Shown here one piece after another: positions 1 through 13,689 of a DNA stretch of 64,000 nucleotides (within the stretch, counting starts at the first letter, position 1; each line of letters starts with the position of its first letter). Made by a program: the position numbers and the translations under genes. Under the pieces are notes generated by a model. The model made no database searches. It was given only the letters and a program-made list of their open reading frames with translations, and was not told the DNA's origin. Origin of the DNA: Rebecca billardiae RCC1528 (lineage: Eukaryota; Protista; Haptophyta). Location: positions 682,001-746,000 of the forward strand of contig OZ251233.1 of the NCBI GenBank assembly GCA_965240325.2, in the 5' to 3' direction.

Positions 1-3000
1 CGCCGCGCGCACCCTGCTTCATCACCAGCGCGGAGATCTTGCCCACCGCCCACGCGTACACCGTCAAGTTCAGCACCATCATCAGCAGCGTGATGCCCAC
101 CTCGACTGCTCGGCGCGGCGGCGGTCGGGAGCGCGAGAGTGCCACGCGAGGGCGCGGCGCGGACGCGAGCACACGGTCGTGAGTGCCGCCCCGCGTGGCC
201 GCAGCGCGCGCGCGCGCCGGCGCGCGGCGTGCTCGCGCGGCGTACTGTAGTTCGCCGGGATCGTGGCCATCCCCAGCGTGGTGAGCGTCGAGTAGACGTA
301 GAACGTCGACATGATGTACCGCACGAGCAGCTCGACCTCGGCCGAGCCCTCGGCGGCCGCCGAGTCTGCGAGCGTGTCGCCGCCCGCGTCCAGGCTCAGA
401 AAGTCGTGCTGGTCCTCCCAGCTCTTGAGGCCGCCGGTGGCGAACGGCGTCGTGAGCAGGTTCCACACGCACGCGCAGCAGTGCGCCGTGATCGAGATCA
501 CCGTGATGTACTGCACCAGCCCGGTGAGCAGGTTGTCGCCCGTCTTGGAGCGTTCAAACGCGATGTACGATCGGTACACGTACCGCAGCTGCAGCAGCTT
601 CACGCTGCGCAGCCCGACGAGGACGAGGCCGCGCACGCCGAGCATGAGCGCGAAGAGGTCGTGCGGCCACGCCGCGATCAGGTCGAGCGTGAACTCCGAG
701 CCGAGGTACTGCCGCCGCACGGCCCGCGGGTCCCACACGTGCACGCTGTTCTCGTTGAGGTAGCTCGTGCGCAGCCGCAGCAGCACGCGCGCAATGTACA
801 GGGCGTCGAGCGCGTAGTTGACCGGCCAGATCCACGCGATGCGGTCGGCCTGGTCGGAGTAGCACAGGTGGACCGACGTCTGCATCGCGTCCCACATCAG
901 CGCACAGAGGAAGAGGTAGTTGAAGCCGATGTACTTGAGAGACGTGTGGTCGATCACAAACTTGTGCGTCGCGGCGGCGCGCGAGTCGGCCTCAGAGGTG
1001 GCCGCGCTCGAGGACTGGTGAGCCGCGCCGATGATCGAGTGCACCAGCTGCTGGAGGGCGTGGCCTGCGCGGGCCAGGATGCTCGCGCCGGCATCAGGGG
1101 GCGCAACGCCGCCGCCCTCCGCGCTGGCCTGCGCTCGCACTTGCCGCGTATGCGCCTCGAGCGCGCGCGCCACATCAGCCCACGTGGGGCCCGCGGCCGA
1201 GTCGCTCGACTCGGCCGCGGCGTCGGCGCTCGCGACCTCTGCAGCCTGCGCCTTCTCGGCCGCGCCCGGCTTGGCCCCGTCTTTGCCCGCCGAGTTCTTG
1301 CCCTTGGAGCCGCCATCGGAGCCCGACTTGAACGGCGGCGCGATCGGCAGGCTCAGCCCGAGGTGCGCCGTGCACCACGCCGCAATGTCATCAGGCTCCG
1401 CCTTGGTGGCCGTCTCGGGCGACATGGCGAGCAGCTGCGCGAGCCGGGTCGCGTTCGCCGGGCCGAGCTCGTTGAACACGCCGCTGGACACGCGCTTCCG
1501 CAAGGCCTTTGTCGCAGAGGCGCAGCCAGGCGCGCTGCTCAGCAGGCGCTCCAGCTCCACCAGCCCCGCGGACTGCGCACCCTCCTGAGCTGGCTTGCTC
1601 GTGATGTTGGCCGCACGGATGCCGCCGCCGCCGCCGCCGAGCGCGAGCTTGGGGATGCCCTCAGGCCGTGTGCTGGCCGTGCCCGACGCCGCGCCGTCCC
1701 CGCCGCCACCGAGGACCACGCCGCCGCCCTCGGTGAGCTCGGTCGGCTCGTCGTCGTCCGCGCTCGACAGGATCCACGCCGTCGCGCCCACGTAGAACTC
1801 GGCGCGCGAGACCGCCTTCGACCGCCCCGTGCGATTGTGGTCGGCCGACGCGGACGGCAGCTGCGTGTCGGAGCTGCGTCTCTCCCTGCCGCCATTGAGC
1901 TGGGCCGACTCGCCGAGCGTGGCGAGGGTGGACGCGGCGCGCATCAGGTGCGTGACGAGCGACCTGATCTCCGCGGAGCCGAGCTCGCCGAGCGAGCCCT
2001 GCAGCTGCTTCACGTCCTTGATCCGGATCACGCCCGTGTGGCCCATGTCGAGGATGCTGAAGAGGCCCTCGAGCACACGCGCCGCCTCGACCAGGCTGTC
2101 GGGCGCCGCGCTCTTCGGCTGCCGGAAGCTGCTGCCGCCGCCGCCGCCACCGGGTGGGGTCGACGGCGGGGACAGGCCGACGCAGGCTGACGCGCGTAGT
2201 GCCGACCACGCCGAGCCGCCGCCCCGGCCGATCACCATCGTCCCCTCATCGCACATCGCCGACGCTCGCGTCTGCTGCGGCTGCACGCTATCCTCAGCAC
2301 GGCGGCTCCAGCTCGGGCGCGCGTACCGAGCGGGCAGGCTCGCGCTCGAGGACTCGTGTGCTGCAGCGCCGGGGGAGCCCATGGGCGCGACGACACGGCG
2401 CGGTGCCGGCGCGGTGCTGGGCACGGCCAGCGAAATGGGCGAGTGCGGCGGCTCGGTGCTCGGCGTGTGCCCATCGAGGTTCGGCGCGGGGACGCGCGCC
2501 CGCACGCCCGCCGACGGCGACAGCGAGAATCGTCCGCCTCCGTTGAAGAGCGCCTGGCCCGAGCTCGGCGGCGGCGAGAGCGCGGCGATCGAGATCGAGG
2601 GGGCGCGGCGTGCGTTCGAAGTCATCCTCGTGCGCATGCGCATGCCCGCAAGCGACGACGGCGCCTGCGCCTCGTCGGCCCAGACGCCGTCCTGAGTGCC
2701 GCCCGTCACGCCGGTCGCCTGCGCGGCGAGCGTCGCGACGAAGCGCGTGGAGAGGAAGAGCAGGTTGTGCCCGACGTTGGAGAGGTGGAGCTGCTGAGAC
2801 GGCGCTCTGCGCCCCACGCTCGGCGACGCTGACGGCGGCGAGCTCATGTCCACGCAGTCGCACGTGCGGTAGGTGGGTCCCGACCGCGAGTCGCGCGTCG
2901 AGCCCCGACGATGCGCGCCGCGTATCGAGTCCATGCAACTCGACATCACCAGCGAAACGCGCTTCCCCGGTTTGGAGCCAGATAAAGACATGCTGCCGCT

Positions 3001-6000
3001 CCTGCTGGTGCGGCGCACGGGCTGGCCGGCGATGATGCCGTCGGCGTCGTCGACGATGGCGGGGCTGCTCGAGCCCTGGCCGCCCTCGTCGTCCGACGCC
3101 GCGATCCCGCTGAAGAGCGGCGGCTCCTCCTCGCGCGGTGTAACCTCGTCGCGCGCGCCAGCGGCAGACGATGCGCCCGCGTCGCCGCCGTGCTCCTCGC
3201 CGAGAGCCTCGCCGAGAGCCTCGTCGAGCGTCACGAGCGACGACGACTCGCCGGGCTGCTGGGCGCCGCCCACAGAGCCAGATGATGCAGTGCGCGAGCG
3301 CCGGCCCCCGACGACGGGCGAGCTACCCTGCGAGCGGCTGAAGCGCCGCCTGAGAAGAGTAGGGCTGAGCCCGGAGACCCTGCTCCGCGCTCCGTTCACC
3401 GGCGAGCCCAGCGCGCCGGCGCTCGACGAGGGCGACCCCGTGCTCGCGCAAGCCTGGCGCAGCTGCGGCTCGGCTGGCCGCACCGGCGCGGCGGGGCCGA
3501 GCACGGCACGCAGCTCGGCGTACACCTCCGCCAGCACCTCGTCGACCAGCTCGGGCTGGAAGCCGCAGTAGTCCGCGAGGATGGATCGGAGTGCCGAGTG
3601 CTCCTCCACGCCGCGCTCGGCGTCTGCGAGTCCTGCGCGAGCACTGGGCGAGAGCTTCTGCGCGAACACGCGCCTCAGGCTGGTGATGCCGGCTTCCGCC
3701 TTGGGCAGCTTGAGCACGATGCGTGTGAATGTCTTCTCTGCGTGATCGTGGTCTGCCTCCGGCGCTCCCGCCGCGGCGGTCGGCACAGCGCCAGAGCTCG
3801 CGCTGATGCTCGGCTTGCGCTTCCACGAGCCGTGCTCCCCCGCGGAGTTGCGCGAGCTGCTGCTGGTTCGCGCAGCCATGCCCTGCTTGGATCCGCGCCG
3901 AGCGAGCCCCGAGCCCGAGTTGCGCCGGCCGCCCATGCTTCTGCGACCCTCGCGCGCGCTCGTCCGCTCCTCGGTGCGCGAGCTCTCGTCCGCCTCCTCG
4001 CCCGAGTCGCTGCCGTGGGCCGAGCTGTTCTCGAGCTCTTCGAGCTCATCCTCGAGCGAGCCCTGCGAGGACGTGTCGCTCAGCTCTGCTGCGTACGTGT
4101 TGAGCCACTCCTCGGTGTGCCGCTCGAGCTGCGTGTACAGCCGCTGCTGCAGCGAGATGAGCTCGCCCAACTTGCGTGCGAGCGTCTTGAGCGCCAGCTC
4201 GAGATCGCGCCTCGCGACCTGCTTGGCCATCTCCACCTTGGTGCGCTTGCGCGAGCGGCTGCGCAGCTTTTGGCTGAGCGAGTTCATGCTTTGCGCCTGC
4301 GCCGCGCGGTAGAGCGTGTTGACCACGGCGTCGTCCTTGTACCCCTCGGGCAGCGTGGTGTCGCAGTAGTGCACGAGCAGCGCAGCGACCTCGTTGTTGT
4401 GCTCGAGCGCGTCGATCAGCGGGCTTTGCCCCCACCGGTCCACGACGGAGGCGTCCGCCATCGCGCCGAGCAGAAAGTGCGTCGCCGAGATGGAGCCGGC
4501 GCACACCGCCAGGTGGAGCGGCGTGCGGGCGTCGTAGTCGCCTTGGTCGATGGGTGCGCCCGCGTCGACGAGGAAGCGCAGCCGCTCGACGTCGCCCTCC
4601 GACGCGGCGATGCACATGCGGTCAAAGACCTCCTCCGGGTTGGCGCGCGCGCCGCGCTCCGCGTGCAGCTGCGCGACGATCCGGCGCTCGTTCTTGACCG
4701 CGTCGTCGACGGGCCGATTGCCATGCCGATCGCGCAGATTGATGTCGGCGAGCGCCGAGACGAGAAACTCCACGACCTTCATGTTCCCGTCGGCCGACGA
4801 GATGTGAGCGGCGGTGCGCCCGTCGTAGTCCGTCGAGTTGATGTCCACGCCGTGCGAGATGAGCGTCTGGATGCGCTGGGTGTTGCCCGCCTGCGCCGCC
4901 TCGAAGAGCACGATGTGCGGCGAATCCATGCGCAGCTCAACGCCGTGCTGCCGCAGCTCCTCGGCGCACTCGTCGTGGTGGCCGAGGATGGCGTCCATGA
5001 TGGGCGTGCAGCCCCTGCGGTCGGCGATCGTCGGGTCGGCATGCAGCTCGCACAGCAGGCTCACCACCTTGGCGTTCCCCTCGGCGGCGGCGAGGTGCAA
5101 GGTGGTGCGCCCGTCGTAGTTGCCCGTGTTGACGTCCACGCCCTTCGAGGCGAGCGCGCGCACGGTCTCAACGTCGCCGATCGACGCGGCGTAGCTCATC
5201 TGCACGACCGCCTCTTCATTCCGTTCGACGATGGCCTGCTTGATCAGCCCGCGCAGCAACTCGAACTCGGCGAGCTCGCGCTCGTCCAGGTTCGCGGTGC
5301 CCGCGGTCGCGTCCGCGGTGTTGTTGCCTTGCCGGTCGATGCCGAACTTGCGCAGCAAGTTGTTGACGATGAGGTCGCCCTGCTCGGGGTACGACGCGAC
5401 GATCTCGTCGTAGTCCGGCCCGCTGAGCACGAGCAGCGTGACGTCGGACGTGCTGGAGGCTGAGACCGAGTGCGTGCGCTGGATGCCCAAGAAGAAGCCA
5501 AACTCGCCCACGATTGTCGTGCCCATGTCGGAGCGCAGCGTCATCTTGACCTCGTCGTTCGTGCTCACGTGCAGCTGGCCGCTGATCAGCCACACGAGCT
5601 CGCGCGAGCCGTCGCCCTGCTTGAAGAGCAGCTCCTTGGGCATGACGAAGCGCTCCTTCAGCACGATCACGATCTGGTTGAGGAACTGCGGGATGCACGC
5701 TTGGAAGCACCACGCGCTCTGCACGTGCCGAAAGTAGCGCGCCGAGGCCACCTTCACCTTGAGCGAGAGCGGCATCTGCTTGAAGATCGTGTCGGTGCTC
5801 GACGCCTGCTTCCGATGCTGGAACTCGAAGTGCGCTCGGATCTTCTTCGTGACGCCCGACGGCAGGGTGCGCTTGGCGCAGTACTGGTCGACCGCGTTCA
5901 GCAGCTCCTTGAAGTAGAGCGTGTTCTCGTCCACGCGCACGAGGTAGTGGAAGAGGGTACCGAGCACGAACGCATAGAAGACGATCTGGATGACGCAGAT

Positions 6001-6957
6001 GATGATGGCGAGCACGACCTCCTGCATCTGCACCATCATCACCGACCCGTAGCCCATCGCAGTCACGCCCGCCCACGCCATCCACAGGCTCAGGACGTAG
6101 CGCTCCCAGTCGCTCGCGACGTGCGGGCCGAAGGCCTCGTACTCCGAGTGCTGCTCAAACTGCGCCGTCCAGCTCGGCGCCTCCAGCGGGTGGGCGCTCC
6201 CCTGCGCGGAGAGTAGCCACCACGCGCACGCCACCCAGTGCGGCACCGAGAAGAGGAAGAGCGAGAACTTGAACGCGGCGAGGAAGACGACGTTCGTGCT
6301 GAGGTCGGCGTTCATCTGCTGCACATACTGGACGAGGTCGCGGACGCGCAGGCAGCGAACGACCTGCGCGACCAGCCACACGTCGGAAAGCCCGAGCATG
6401 AGGTAGAGCATGCGGCCGAGGTGAAGAATGGCGATGGTGATGGCGTCGCGCGCCCTGTCGGCGTGCGTGTAGGGCTTGATGCTGTCCTGATCGTCCGTCA
6501 GCGTCGGCTGTGCGCCCGCGTGGCCCGCGAGCGTGCTGTCCTTCCGCTGGGAGTGCATCGTGGTGGTGATCCACACCACCTCAAAGACGTCCACGGCGAT
6601 GTCGAGCACGACGAAGACGGGTGAAGTCGCGGCCGTGTGCACGAACGCGACGCGCACGGGGATCGCGATGGACTCGTACGTGAGCGCGGGCAGCCGGAGC
6701 ATCTTGTAGAAGGCGATCCAGCGCGCGAGCAGCGCCCGCTCGGCATCGCGCTGGCGCTGCTGCTCTGGATCGATCTCGTGCGCGTCGTCCGCGTCACCCA
6801 CCAGTCCGGGCAGCCAGGTCACGCGTAGGTGCCTGCGCGCGGGGTTGCGCTTGCCCGACGGACGCAAGATGCCCGCCCCAGCGCCCGCGTCGCCGGAGCC
6901 GGCCACGCTCCCATTGGCGCGCAAGAGAACGCTCGCTGCGAGCCGGAGCGTGTTCAT
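1..6957 (-). CDS. Tandem two-module K+/cyclic-nucleotide-gated-type channel with cNMP-binding domain and ankyrin repeats (3' end runs off the window)
   Basis: Module 1 has TM helices, HWVACAWW, pore VTAMGYG, a C-linker and cNMP domain (LFKQGD..GEFGFF), then ankyrin repeats (NYDGRTTLHLAA, DYDGRTAAH, DYDARTPLHLA). Module 2 has DLIAAWP, HCCACVW and pore LTTLGMA. A GT-AG intron at 245..106 restores the frame into S6 (IEVGITLLMMVLNLTVYAWAVGKISALVMKQ). The next donor is at 12. Confidence 0.9.
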
Positions 6958-8728
6958 CGCGCCGCTTGTCGTCGCGGCCTAGGCCCCGGGGGCGCCAGGA
7001 GCTGCTCGGCAGGCACGGCGGACACTGCCAGCCTTGCTGGGCCCCGCAATGAGCGCCGCCAAGATGAGAGGGCCGCCCGGCAACGTGCGCCGTTCCACGA
7101 ACGCCTGCAGAAGCTCGCTGCTCGTCGAATCAGCTCAAGTAACTTGGCTGCTGCGGCACGCCACATCACCAAACAGAAAAGGCTAATAAGGTTAGCGGCA
7201 GGTGGTACTCGCTAAATGGGTATCCGATCATCGCGGCTGATGAAATCTCGGTGCATCTCAGCGACGATCATGCCGGGCCCTAAATACAGGTCTCGTCGAT
7301 AACTATATTTATTTTAGCCGCCACTCCGGATGACTCAATAGTGTGGTAACGACGACTCAAGATCAGTTGACATACTTGAGATTGGGCCTGTCGTTATGGG
7401 GCGATATTAATCATTGGCGACGAGCTGATGACGACACGATGTATAAAAGTCGAAGCGTGTTCCGAATCTAAGTTATTCCAAGTATTCATCAGTTTGACGT
7501 TTCCAGCCACTACGAGGAAGCAGCCATTAAAAACCGCACAGCAAATCGTCCTCATCATCCTACCTCATAATCATCAATAATAATGAGGGTAAGGCCAGTC
7601 GTAGCTACTAAGTAACGCGACCACCATAATATCACATATATATAATTATCGTCATCAAGTTGAAAGTAGTCCGGCCGTTACAACGCTTCGCTCAGCTATA
7701 TGTGGCGTTATTGGCACAATAACTGAGTGTCTAAGAGCGACACCAAGATCCGGCTCGCTTGGCATCATCAACCAGCTGTCCGGCCGGGGCGCCCGCCGCC
7801 CAGCGCGCGCAGTCCTGGTCGGACCCCTTTTCGGCAGCCAATCCGGTCGGCACCGGGCACCGCCTGCAGGACTTGCTCGGCGATTCCTGTTCCATCCGAG
7901 GCGACTCTTCTGGCCTCGGCGCGGCTCGGCCCAAGGTACGGGGGCGCCATGACACAAGGCGCTGAGCCGAGCAGGGGGCCCACGACACCGCACGCTACAC
8001 TCTCCTCCGACCACTCTTGTGAGCTCGGCACACAGGAGGTGTATACGCTGCTTTGGTAGTCCCCTCTGCTCGGTGAGGTTGCTGCTGTCAGCGCCTCCGC
8101 CCTGCAGCGCCGCACCGCAGCCGCGTCGTCGCTCGTCCGGCATCACATTCTCGTCCAGCAGCTCACGTGCTGCTGCGTCAGCTCCGCGGCGGCGGTTCAC
8201 TGTTTGTCACGGGCGCCCTCTCGACCACGGGCAGCTGCGCCTCCGCACTGCCCGCGCCCGTCGTTCGTTGGTAAAATCCCGACCTATGTAACATGATCGT
8301 GTCCCAATCATGATCATCATCGTGGACTGTCCCAAGACGCAGTTCACGCCACGACCATCCAGCTCTCGGTCGTGCTCGACGCTTCGAGCGAGCAGGGCAT
8401 GGCGGAGTGGTTAGACATATATATATATATATATATATGTAACTATAGCGTAGTCGTTATTATTAATGTTCTAGGCCAAGCCCGACGAGGCCGCCGCCAG
8501 TGGCGCGGCTGGCCTTGACGGGACGAGTAATACAGTAGCCGGCTGAAGGCGAAGCCCGAACTGAGGACGGAGCAGCAGCTGATCTACCCTGGTGAGTGTC
8601 AGTGTTCGTCGCCTAGACGTCGGCCTAATGCTGGCGGCACTTTGAATGCCGCAATTCGCAGGCAGTCAGTACAATGGCAGGCTGACCCAGCCAGGCCAGA
8701 CAGGCCAGTGATCGGTCCGAGCCCGCCG

Positions 8729-11328
8729 TCAGGCCGCCGACGGGTTTGGGCCGACGACGGCCGCGAGCTCCTTCGAGCGGCGGCTGCCATCCCCACCGGC
8801 GGGGGGCGCGAAGCGCGAGGGCGCACACAGCCGCACGAGCGCAAGCAGCCAGCGCATTGCGAGCCAGCTCGTCGAAAGCAGCTGCCGGCGCGCGACGACG
8901 AGGAAGTACGGCTCCACGGGCACGCCACGCTGGAGCAGCGTGCGGCGCGCGAGCGGCTCCCACGCGACCGCCATCGACGTGGAGACGCCGAGCGAGGCCA
9001 TCAGCCCTCGCAGCAGGAAGATGGCGCGGATCAGGGGGAACGCCTCCTGCGGCCGGGCGGAACGGTGGCGAGAGCCAAGGCAGGGCGGGGCGGGCGGCGG
9101 GCGCGGCGTGGGTCCGAGTCAGCGCGCGGCCGGCGCGCGCGCAGGCCCGCCCGCCCGCAGCGCAGAGCGCGAGAGCTTGCACGCCGGTGGCGCCGCGGTG
9201 CGGTGCGGCGCGCGTGCCTGCGAGTTCCGAGAGAGCCGGTTCTTCCCGAGCATGCCGGAGGGCGCCTCGCTCAGGTTGATGTCGCAGAGCGGAGTCCACC
9301 GGGTGTCGACAAACGTGTAGCAGATCAGCACCTGGGCGCGGTGCGCGGTGCGCGGTGCACGTGGGCGGGTGTGCGCACAAGTCGGCGGCGCGGCGGCGCG
9401 CAGAGGGGCGGGCGCGCGGCACGGGCGGCCTCGGGCGCCCCTCGCATTCGCGCCGCCACCGCGTCTGGCACGCCGGCGCCCCTCGCGGCCGCGCGGCCGG
9501 CCGCGCGTGACGGTGCCTCGCGCGGCAATGCCGCTCGTCCGCCCGCACAGCGCGCGCGCGCAGCGCCACGCCACACCGCGCGCGCAGTGGCGCCCGTGCG
9601 CGCGCGCGCTCTCGTGTGGGCGCGCGCGCACCCATGCCATCCGGCGCTCGATGGCGGAGCGGCCTGCGAGCTCCTCGAGCTCGAACTCGCCCGAGTCCTC
9701 GATCAGCCGCTCGATCTCGGCGTATCGCTCCCCCGCCATCGCCAGCGTCACGCGGCACATCATCTCGACGTGCTCCGGGCGCAAGTGCTTGGTCTGGCCC
9801 CAGTCCAGAATGCCAACCTTGCTGCGGGGCGGCGCGGCGCGGGGCGGCGAGGCGCGCCGGCCGGGCGCGGGGCAACGCATCAGGCGGTGCGCGCTCGGCC
9901 ACAGCCGCGCGGGCGTGCACCCGCCGCGTCGTCACGCGCGCGATCCAGCACGCCCCCACGCCCGCAGCCGCCCACAGCCGCAGCCGCACACAGCCGCACC
10001 GCCGCGCTCGCACACACGCGCACGCACACGCACACGCACGCACGTGCGCCGCAAGCCGCGGCGCGCGCGCGGCCGCTGCCGCCGGCGGCGCGCGCTCGCT
10101 CGCGCCCTCACCCGTCGGGCAGCAGCAGCAGGTTGCCCGGGTGCGGGTCTGTGTGGAACGCGCCTTCGACGAGAACCATCACGCCCCACGCGAGGTGGAG
10201 GGCGTGGACGAGGCCGGCCCACCCGCCGTGCAGCTCGACCACCTCCGGCGGGCACGGCGGCGGGCCACCGCTCTCGCGCGCCTCGCGGCAGAAGTCGAGC
10301 ATCGGCGTGCCCATCAGCCGCGACATCACGAGCACGCGCTGCGTGCACAGCGTCGGGTGCGCGCGCGCCATGCCCACGTGCTCGCTAAGCCCCGCGCGCT
10401 CGAAGGCGGCCTCGAAGCGGCGCATCTTGCGCGCCTCGATGGTGAGGTCGAACTCCTCCGGCACGATGTCCCAGTACGAGCGCATGATCGTCGGCATGTC
10501 GATCCCGCCGTCGAGCTTGAGCCGGCGCAGCACGATGGCGGCGCGCAGCATCGTGCGCATGTCGGAGAGCATCTGCCGCTTCGAGCTCACGCACGCGACC
10601 TTGATCGCGACGGGCGAGCCGTCGGCGCGGAGCACGCCGAAGTGGACCTGCGCGATCGACGCCGTCGCCGCCGCCTCCTCGTCCACGCTCTCGAACAGCT
10701 CGGAGAGCGGCGCGCGCAGCTCGTGCTCGATGATGTGCTTCACTGCCCAGAACGGCAGGCCGGCGCAGTTGTCCATCGAATCAGCAAACGCCTCCATGAG
10801 CTTGGGCGGCATCGAGGGCGTGGCGGTGCCGAGCATCTGGCCGATCTTGCGCAGGAAGCCGCCAAAGTCGTCGAGCACCGCCCGGATCCGCGGCGTCGCC
10901 CACTCGTGCGTCTCGTCCCATCTGAGCTCCGCCTCGGCCTCGTCCAGCTCGCGCACGCGCAACGACGTCGCGAGGTATGCGAGCTGGATGGGCGCGATGC
11001 GGCCGAGGACGGCGACCTCGCGCCACACGGTGGGGAGGAAGATGCGCGCGAGCGTGCTCGCCACCTTCCGCCGCAGCAGCCGCGGCACCAGCCGCTGGCA
11101 GATGTGCACTGGCAGCCAGCGCGCCGGGCCGGCGACGGCGGCGAGCATCACCAGAGCGAACAGCCGCGGCCACACGCCGGGCGCAGCGCAGCGCGCGGCG
11201 GCGTGCGCGACGGAAAGACCGACGACCTCGGGGATGTGCCTCGCGCCGGGCAGGCACTCGCGCGCGCCGTCGCGCAGCGCGCTGCCGAGCGTCGGCGCGA
11301 AGTGCGCGCCGAGGTCGCCGAATGTCAT
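8729..11328 (-). CDS. ABC1/UbiB/ADCK atypical kinase, 4 exons
   Basis: Motifs KIGQML, ATASIAQVH, VAIKV, EFDLTIEA, FHTDPHPGNL and ILDWGQ. Exons 11328-10112, 9821-9632, 9331-9218 and 9046-8729 splice in frame. The last intron is GC-AG. Confidence 0.88.
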
Positions 11329-11659
11329 GATTGGGCCGATGACGACGAACGAATGATGACGACGAATGCACGCCAAGGCGGCGACCTTGACGAATCACAT
11401 TCCTGCGCGGGCCGACGAGCTAGATTCCGCGTGGGAAACAAATCGACGGCGGAGGAAATCGCCGCAATCAGCAGCGCGTTTTATTCGGCCGACGAAAGGC
11501 GACGACGGTGATTTCGTCTGTCGTCAACAGAGCAGGGCTGATCCCTCCCGCTACGACGACGCCGACGCGCTTGGCAGTTGGCGTGAGCGCCACACCGCCG
11601 CGCGCGCCGGCCTCACGGCTGTCGGCTGTGTCGAGGCGGCGGCCGACTCTGAGGGCAGC

Positions 11660-12200
11660 TCAGGCCGCGGTGGAGGAGCGCGCGGCGAGCGCACGCTGCA
11701 GCTCCCGACACCCGTCCACCTTCACGCCGATCGCGTCCACCTCCGCCTGCGCCTTGGCCAGCGCCATCAGCGACGCCTCCACCGCCACCCGCTCCTCCAG
11801 CAGACGCGCGTCCGCGCGCCGCGCCTCGCCGAGCGCGCGCTCGATGCGCTCCTCGAGCGCGGCGGCGGCGGCGAAGTGCGGCGGCGGCCTCGGCGTACCC
11901 AGCCGGCGCAGCGTCTCTGATGCGCGCGGCGGCGGGGAGTCCGGACAGTCCGGGCGGACGGGAGGGGCAGAACACGCGCGCGTGAGCACCGGGCAGCGGC
12001 AGGGGCGCGCGGCGCGGACGGGGCGCGCGCGCTCGGCGGCGCGGCCAAGGGCGATGGGCGGAGCAGGGACGACGCGGCGCGCGGGGCGGCGGCGGGCGCG
12101 CACCTTCGACCGCCGCGGGCAGCTGCAGCCCAGGCGGCGGCGCGGGGGCAGCGCCGCCGCCGGCACCTTGGCCGCCGCCAGCCATAGCGCAACCGGCACA

Positions 12201-12233
<33 letters not shown>

Positions 12234-13653
12234 CAGCCCGTCGGCAGCACTCCCCGCGTGCCCTCCGCCGCCGCCCATCGGCATCGCGCCCGCCGCCGCC
12301 ATGCCGAGGCGCGGCGACTTGGCGTCAGGCGCGACGGCGCCGCGCGCGCCGAGCGGGCCACACTGCGCCTGCTGCGGCAGCGCGCCCGCAGCCGAGCTGG
12401 GCGGCGGCGCGCACGGCTGCGGCGCCGCCCCGCGTCCGTGCGCCGCGCCGTGAGGCGGCGCCGGCTGCGCCCCGCCGCCGCGCGGGCCAAACCCGCCGCA
12501 CGCGTGGTGGCCCAGCCCCTGCCCGTCGGCGCCGCCCATCCCGCCTCCGGCGCCCGGCGGCGCGCGGCCCGGCGGCGGCGTGTACGCCCGCGGCCCGCCT
12601 TGCATCGGCCGCCCATCGTAGCCCCCGCCCTTGTGCGCAGGCAGTTGCGGCTCCCCAGCGCGCGCCCAGTCTGCGGCCGCGGCGCTCGGCGGCTGGCCCT
12701 TGCAGTCGTGAGGCGGCGGCGGCTGCTGCTGCTGCTGCATCGGCGGCGGGGGCAGGTGGTGCCGCCGCGCGCCGCGCGCCGCGCCCGCCCACGGCCCGTA
12801 CCCGCCCCCGTCCGCCGCGCCCATACCGCCACCGCCGCCGCCGTGCGGACCAAAGCCGCCGCCCTGCTGCTGCAAGTGCGGCGTGCCGTGCGCGCCGCAG
12901 TGCGGCGGGCCGCTGGAGCCGTCCGCCGGCGGCGGCGCGCCGTGCGGCGGCGGGAGCGAAGGCGGGCCGGGCGGGCCGCCGCCGTGCGCGGGGTGGTGAA
13001 AGCCGCCGCCGCCGCCGGGCCCGCCGGGCCCGCCGCCGCCTTCCCCCGGCGGCGGCTGCACGAACCGCGGCGGCGGCGCGCCGGGCGGCGTCCCGCCGCG
13101 CGCGTAAGGCGCAGGGCCGCCGTGGAAGCCACCGCCGGGCGGCGGGTGGCCGTGGCCGCCGCCGCCGTGCGCGTATGGCGGCTCGGCGTGCGCGGGCGGC
13201 GCGGGCGCGGTGAGCCGCTGCCGCCGCGGCGGCGGCGGCGGCGACGCCGAGCGCGAGCGGTCGCTCAGCGCACCGTCCTCGGACGAGCTCGCGGACGTGG
13301 ACGCGTCGGACCGCGCCGGGCGGCCGCGGCGCGCGCCGCCGCGCTCGCGCGCGGGCTCGCGAGGCTCGCGCTCGCGGTGCCGGGCGTGGAGCTCGGCGCC
13401 CTCGGCGCGCGCTGCGCCGCCGCCGCCGCCGTACTCCGCGCCGCCCATCCCCGGCGGCCGCGCGTCGTACGGCGCGCCGGGCGGCGGGGGCGCGTGCATG
13501 TGCTCAGAGCGCATGTGCGGCGGCTGCCCAAGTCGCATGTCTGGCGCCATGCCGCGCGGGGGCGGGCCCATGCCGCGCTCGGGCGGCGGGGGCACGCCGT
13601 CGTACGCGCCGCCGCCGCGCGCGCGCCGCTTCCGCTCGAACGCCTCCCGCTCC

Positions 13654-13689
<36 letters not shown>

